DNA of 64,000 bases. Source: Bispira polyomma. Lineage: Eukaryota. Location of the stretch: positions 51,026,001-51,090,000 of the forward strand of contig OZ287749.1 of the NCBI GenBank assembly GCA_965649765.1, read 5' to 3'. How positions within the stretch are numbered: position 1 is the first letter of the stretch; each line of letters opens with the position of its first letter. A model generated the notes under the pieces. That model was not told the origin of the DNA and made no database searches. It was given only the letters and a program-made list of their open reading frames with translations. Below are positions 61,820-64,000 of the stretch, piece by piece. The translations under genes and the position numbers were made by a program.

Positions 61820-62768
61820 CTGAAACACAAGATTATTATAGTCTAAAGTAGCTTCCACACTTGCCAAAGCACATCCATCCATACATGCCATCCCTACCCA
61901 TCAATGAGGCAAGAATAGCCACAAGAGGATCATTTATTTTCTTAACCTGTAGTTTTCAAGGAATAATTTTCTGATTTCTAGTGTGATCTTTATCATTCTT
62001 TGACGATGTTCTCCAGTATCTTAGGTGACAAATTTTGATGCAAAAATAACGAAATTTATAATATATACAGAAGTACATAACCATTTCTTCCAACTTATGC
62101 CATCCATGTATCTTAACTTTTGAATGAGTAAAAAACTGACAGTATTAGCACTGAAACTGCAATCTTACATATTAAAACACTGAGCAATGCATAATTAGAT
62201 GGCGCCAATTGGCAGCATTTAAGATGTCTATAACTGCAACCGGGGCTAGGACACAATAACAGAGAACGATCATTTAAGTGGTAATCCGAGCCAGTATGTG
62301 TATGTCTGTATATTGTTGTCAGCATAACAGTGGCAGATATATAAGGCCCAATTTATAAACCTTCTATTATCTGAACAAAATCTTGCTCTCTTTACATGTT
62401 CGGACACTAGAGGTTCTATTTGCACAAGTACATATGGTGTTATAACTTTTGCAAGTTAGTTCCTCCTGATATTGATTGCATACTTTAACTATCAATTATT
62501 TCTTAAGAGTGCTTCACACGTCTTACAGGTACTTGTCATATCATTAAATAGATATCAACGACACTATAAATCCAGATGCTTCAGTACAAGGTTAAGCGGT
62601 TGAGAAAACACTTACATATTACATTTTACAGCCACTAATTTATAAACCTTACACTGATAATCATGATGGTAAATTACAATCAAGAAACGCTGATAACAAA
62701 ACATTCACCTACATATTAAATGACCCTTTGTCCAGAATACTATGTAAATATAATGTCAAATAAAGCTA

Positions 62769-62941
62769 CAGTGTAACCCTGTTAAGTCGAATTTGAAGGG
62801 ACCATAAAAATCTGTTCTACTTAACAGAAATTCTATTTAACAGGATAAATTTTTATTAGAAATATAGCAATGGGACCTTAAAGTAAGTTCTATTTAACCA
62901 GTAATTCCACTTATCAGAGTTCTACTTAAAGGGGTTTGGCT
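62769..62941. mobile_element. Degenerate Tc1/mariner-pogo-type MITE
   Basis: TA then CAGTGTAACCCTGTTAAGTCGAA at the left; imperfect inverted TTCTACTTAAAGGGGTTTGGCT at the right; internal repeats of ttcta(c/t)ttaac. Confidence 0.55.
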
Positions 62942-63248
62942 TTTTTGCCATTTTGCAAAAATAATATGCGACAAAAAATAGAATTCATAGGCAATATGTC
63001 AGTGTTTTTGGGTGTGTCTTGCTGCAGTAACTGCATATATTTACATTTGTTACACTCTCATTTCCAGCACTCAGATTACCCATTAGAGTACAGTGTACAC
63101 TACCACACTGGACCAATAAAAAGCTAACATATTTTTACTATTGAGACTGCTTAAAGTGCTTATATCACAGTTAATACTATTATCAGACATAGAAGCTCAC
63201 ACAGCCATAAATCTCATGACCACTAAACGTAACAGCAGCCGAGAGTAC

Positions 63249-63341
63249 CTGTTTCTCTGTCAGCTTCCTCCAGTTTTTGATAGGACTCTCTCACTATCCT
63301 AGAAATGGTACTCTCAGTCTCAGCTTTCCCATGATCCAACC
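63249..63341 (-). CDS. LAS2: LAS2/C18orf54-like gene, first exon visible in the window (LDHGKAETESTISRIVRESYQKLEEADRET); the gene continues upstream
   Basis: tatacag acceptor and gtactc donor; 93 bp, phase 1 to 1; splices in frame to the large exon (G+TG = Val). Confidence 0.75.
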
Positions 63342-64000
63342 CTGTATAATGATGTGATAACAAAGTGTTAAGCATAATCATAGTCTCACACACCATTCTG
63401 TTACACCACATGACAATTAATATTAGTCTTTCTTGCAGAATTCTGTCACATTAATTTTTAAAGTTCACTTATGTCATTCTGTTCTTCCATACAACTAGAA
63501 ATCGTAGTGTTACAATCGACTTTGTTTTATTTAGCATTCAATTTCAACAGAAAGTACTGGTTTCTTTCAGTGCCTAGTTTACATGCCTGGTTATAATTAA
63601 AATCCTACAGCATGGACCTCTGTCTAGAAAAACAATATCATACAATAGTGTCTGTCTATTGATAGATTTATACGAAAGTTTTGAAATCAAAAACAGCGGT
63701 TGTATCATAGATAACATATTACAAGTTTAAATTTGTATTGTGAATTTGTGATGATAATGTTAAAAATATAGTACAATAAATAACAGATTGTATCTGACTT
63801 CTGGAAAATATTGATTTTTTTAATGACTCATCCATATATGATATCATAGAATTTATAATAATTACTTTTATCATTTACCACTGTTGTGAACATGTGTACA
63901 TGCACTTCTGAATGTACAAATGAATAAATACATGTACACGGGCATTCATAATACCGGTCGTGTGATAATACCATCCATTGCATTTTTAAAAACTTAAACG

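Noticed and set aside
60226-61851. Several plus-strand ORFs
   Set aside because: Antisense shadows of the large minus-strand exon.

Overview
AT-rich animal genomic DNA, most likely a mollusc (inferred from the HINE, SINE and Gypsy types present). About 51 kb of the window (about 3535-54382) is one head-to-tail tandem array built from an intron-containing tRNA-Lys(UUU) gene. I count about 94 full or near-full 92-bp loci, of which about 22 look structurally intact, plus about 41 isolated 3' (B-box) fragments. The array is organised like satellite DNA: a 434-bp monomer, higher-order units of 1078, 1512, 1739, 1946, 2171 and 2605 bp, super-repeats of 2590, 2613 and 5420 bp, two internally homogeneous domains, and degenerate, mutually similar edges. 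It lies between two convergent protein-coding 3' ends: a probable terminal exon at 301-365 (+) and the last seven exons of a LAS2/C18orf54-like gene at 55715-63341 (-), whose splice phases are all consistent. Also present are a non-autonomous Helentron (HINE) with internal 147-bp repeats, a Gypsy-Gag-like relic at the right array boundary, a tRNA-derived SINE and small MITE-like relics. The 33 near-identical 67-74 aa ORFs are spacer artefacts. All counts were made by eye and should be recomputed.
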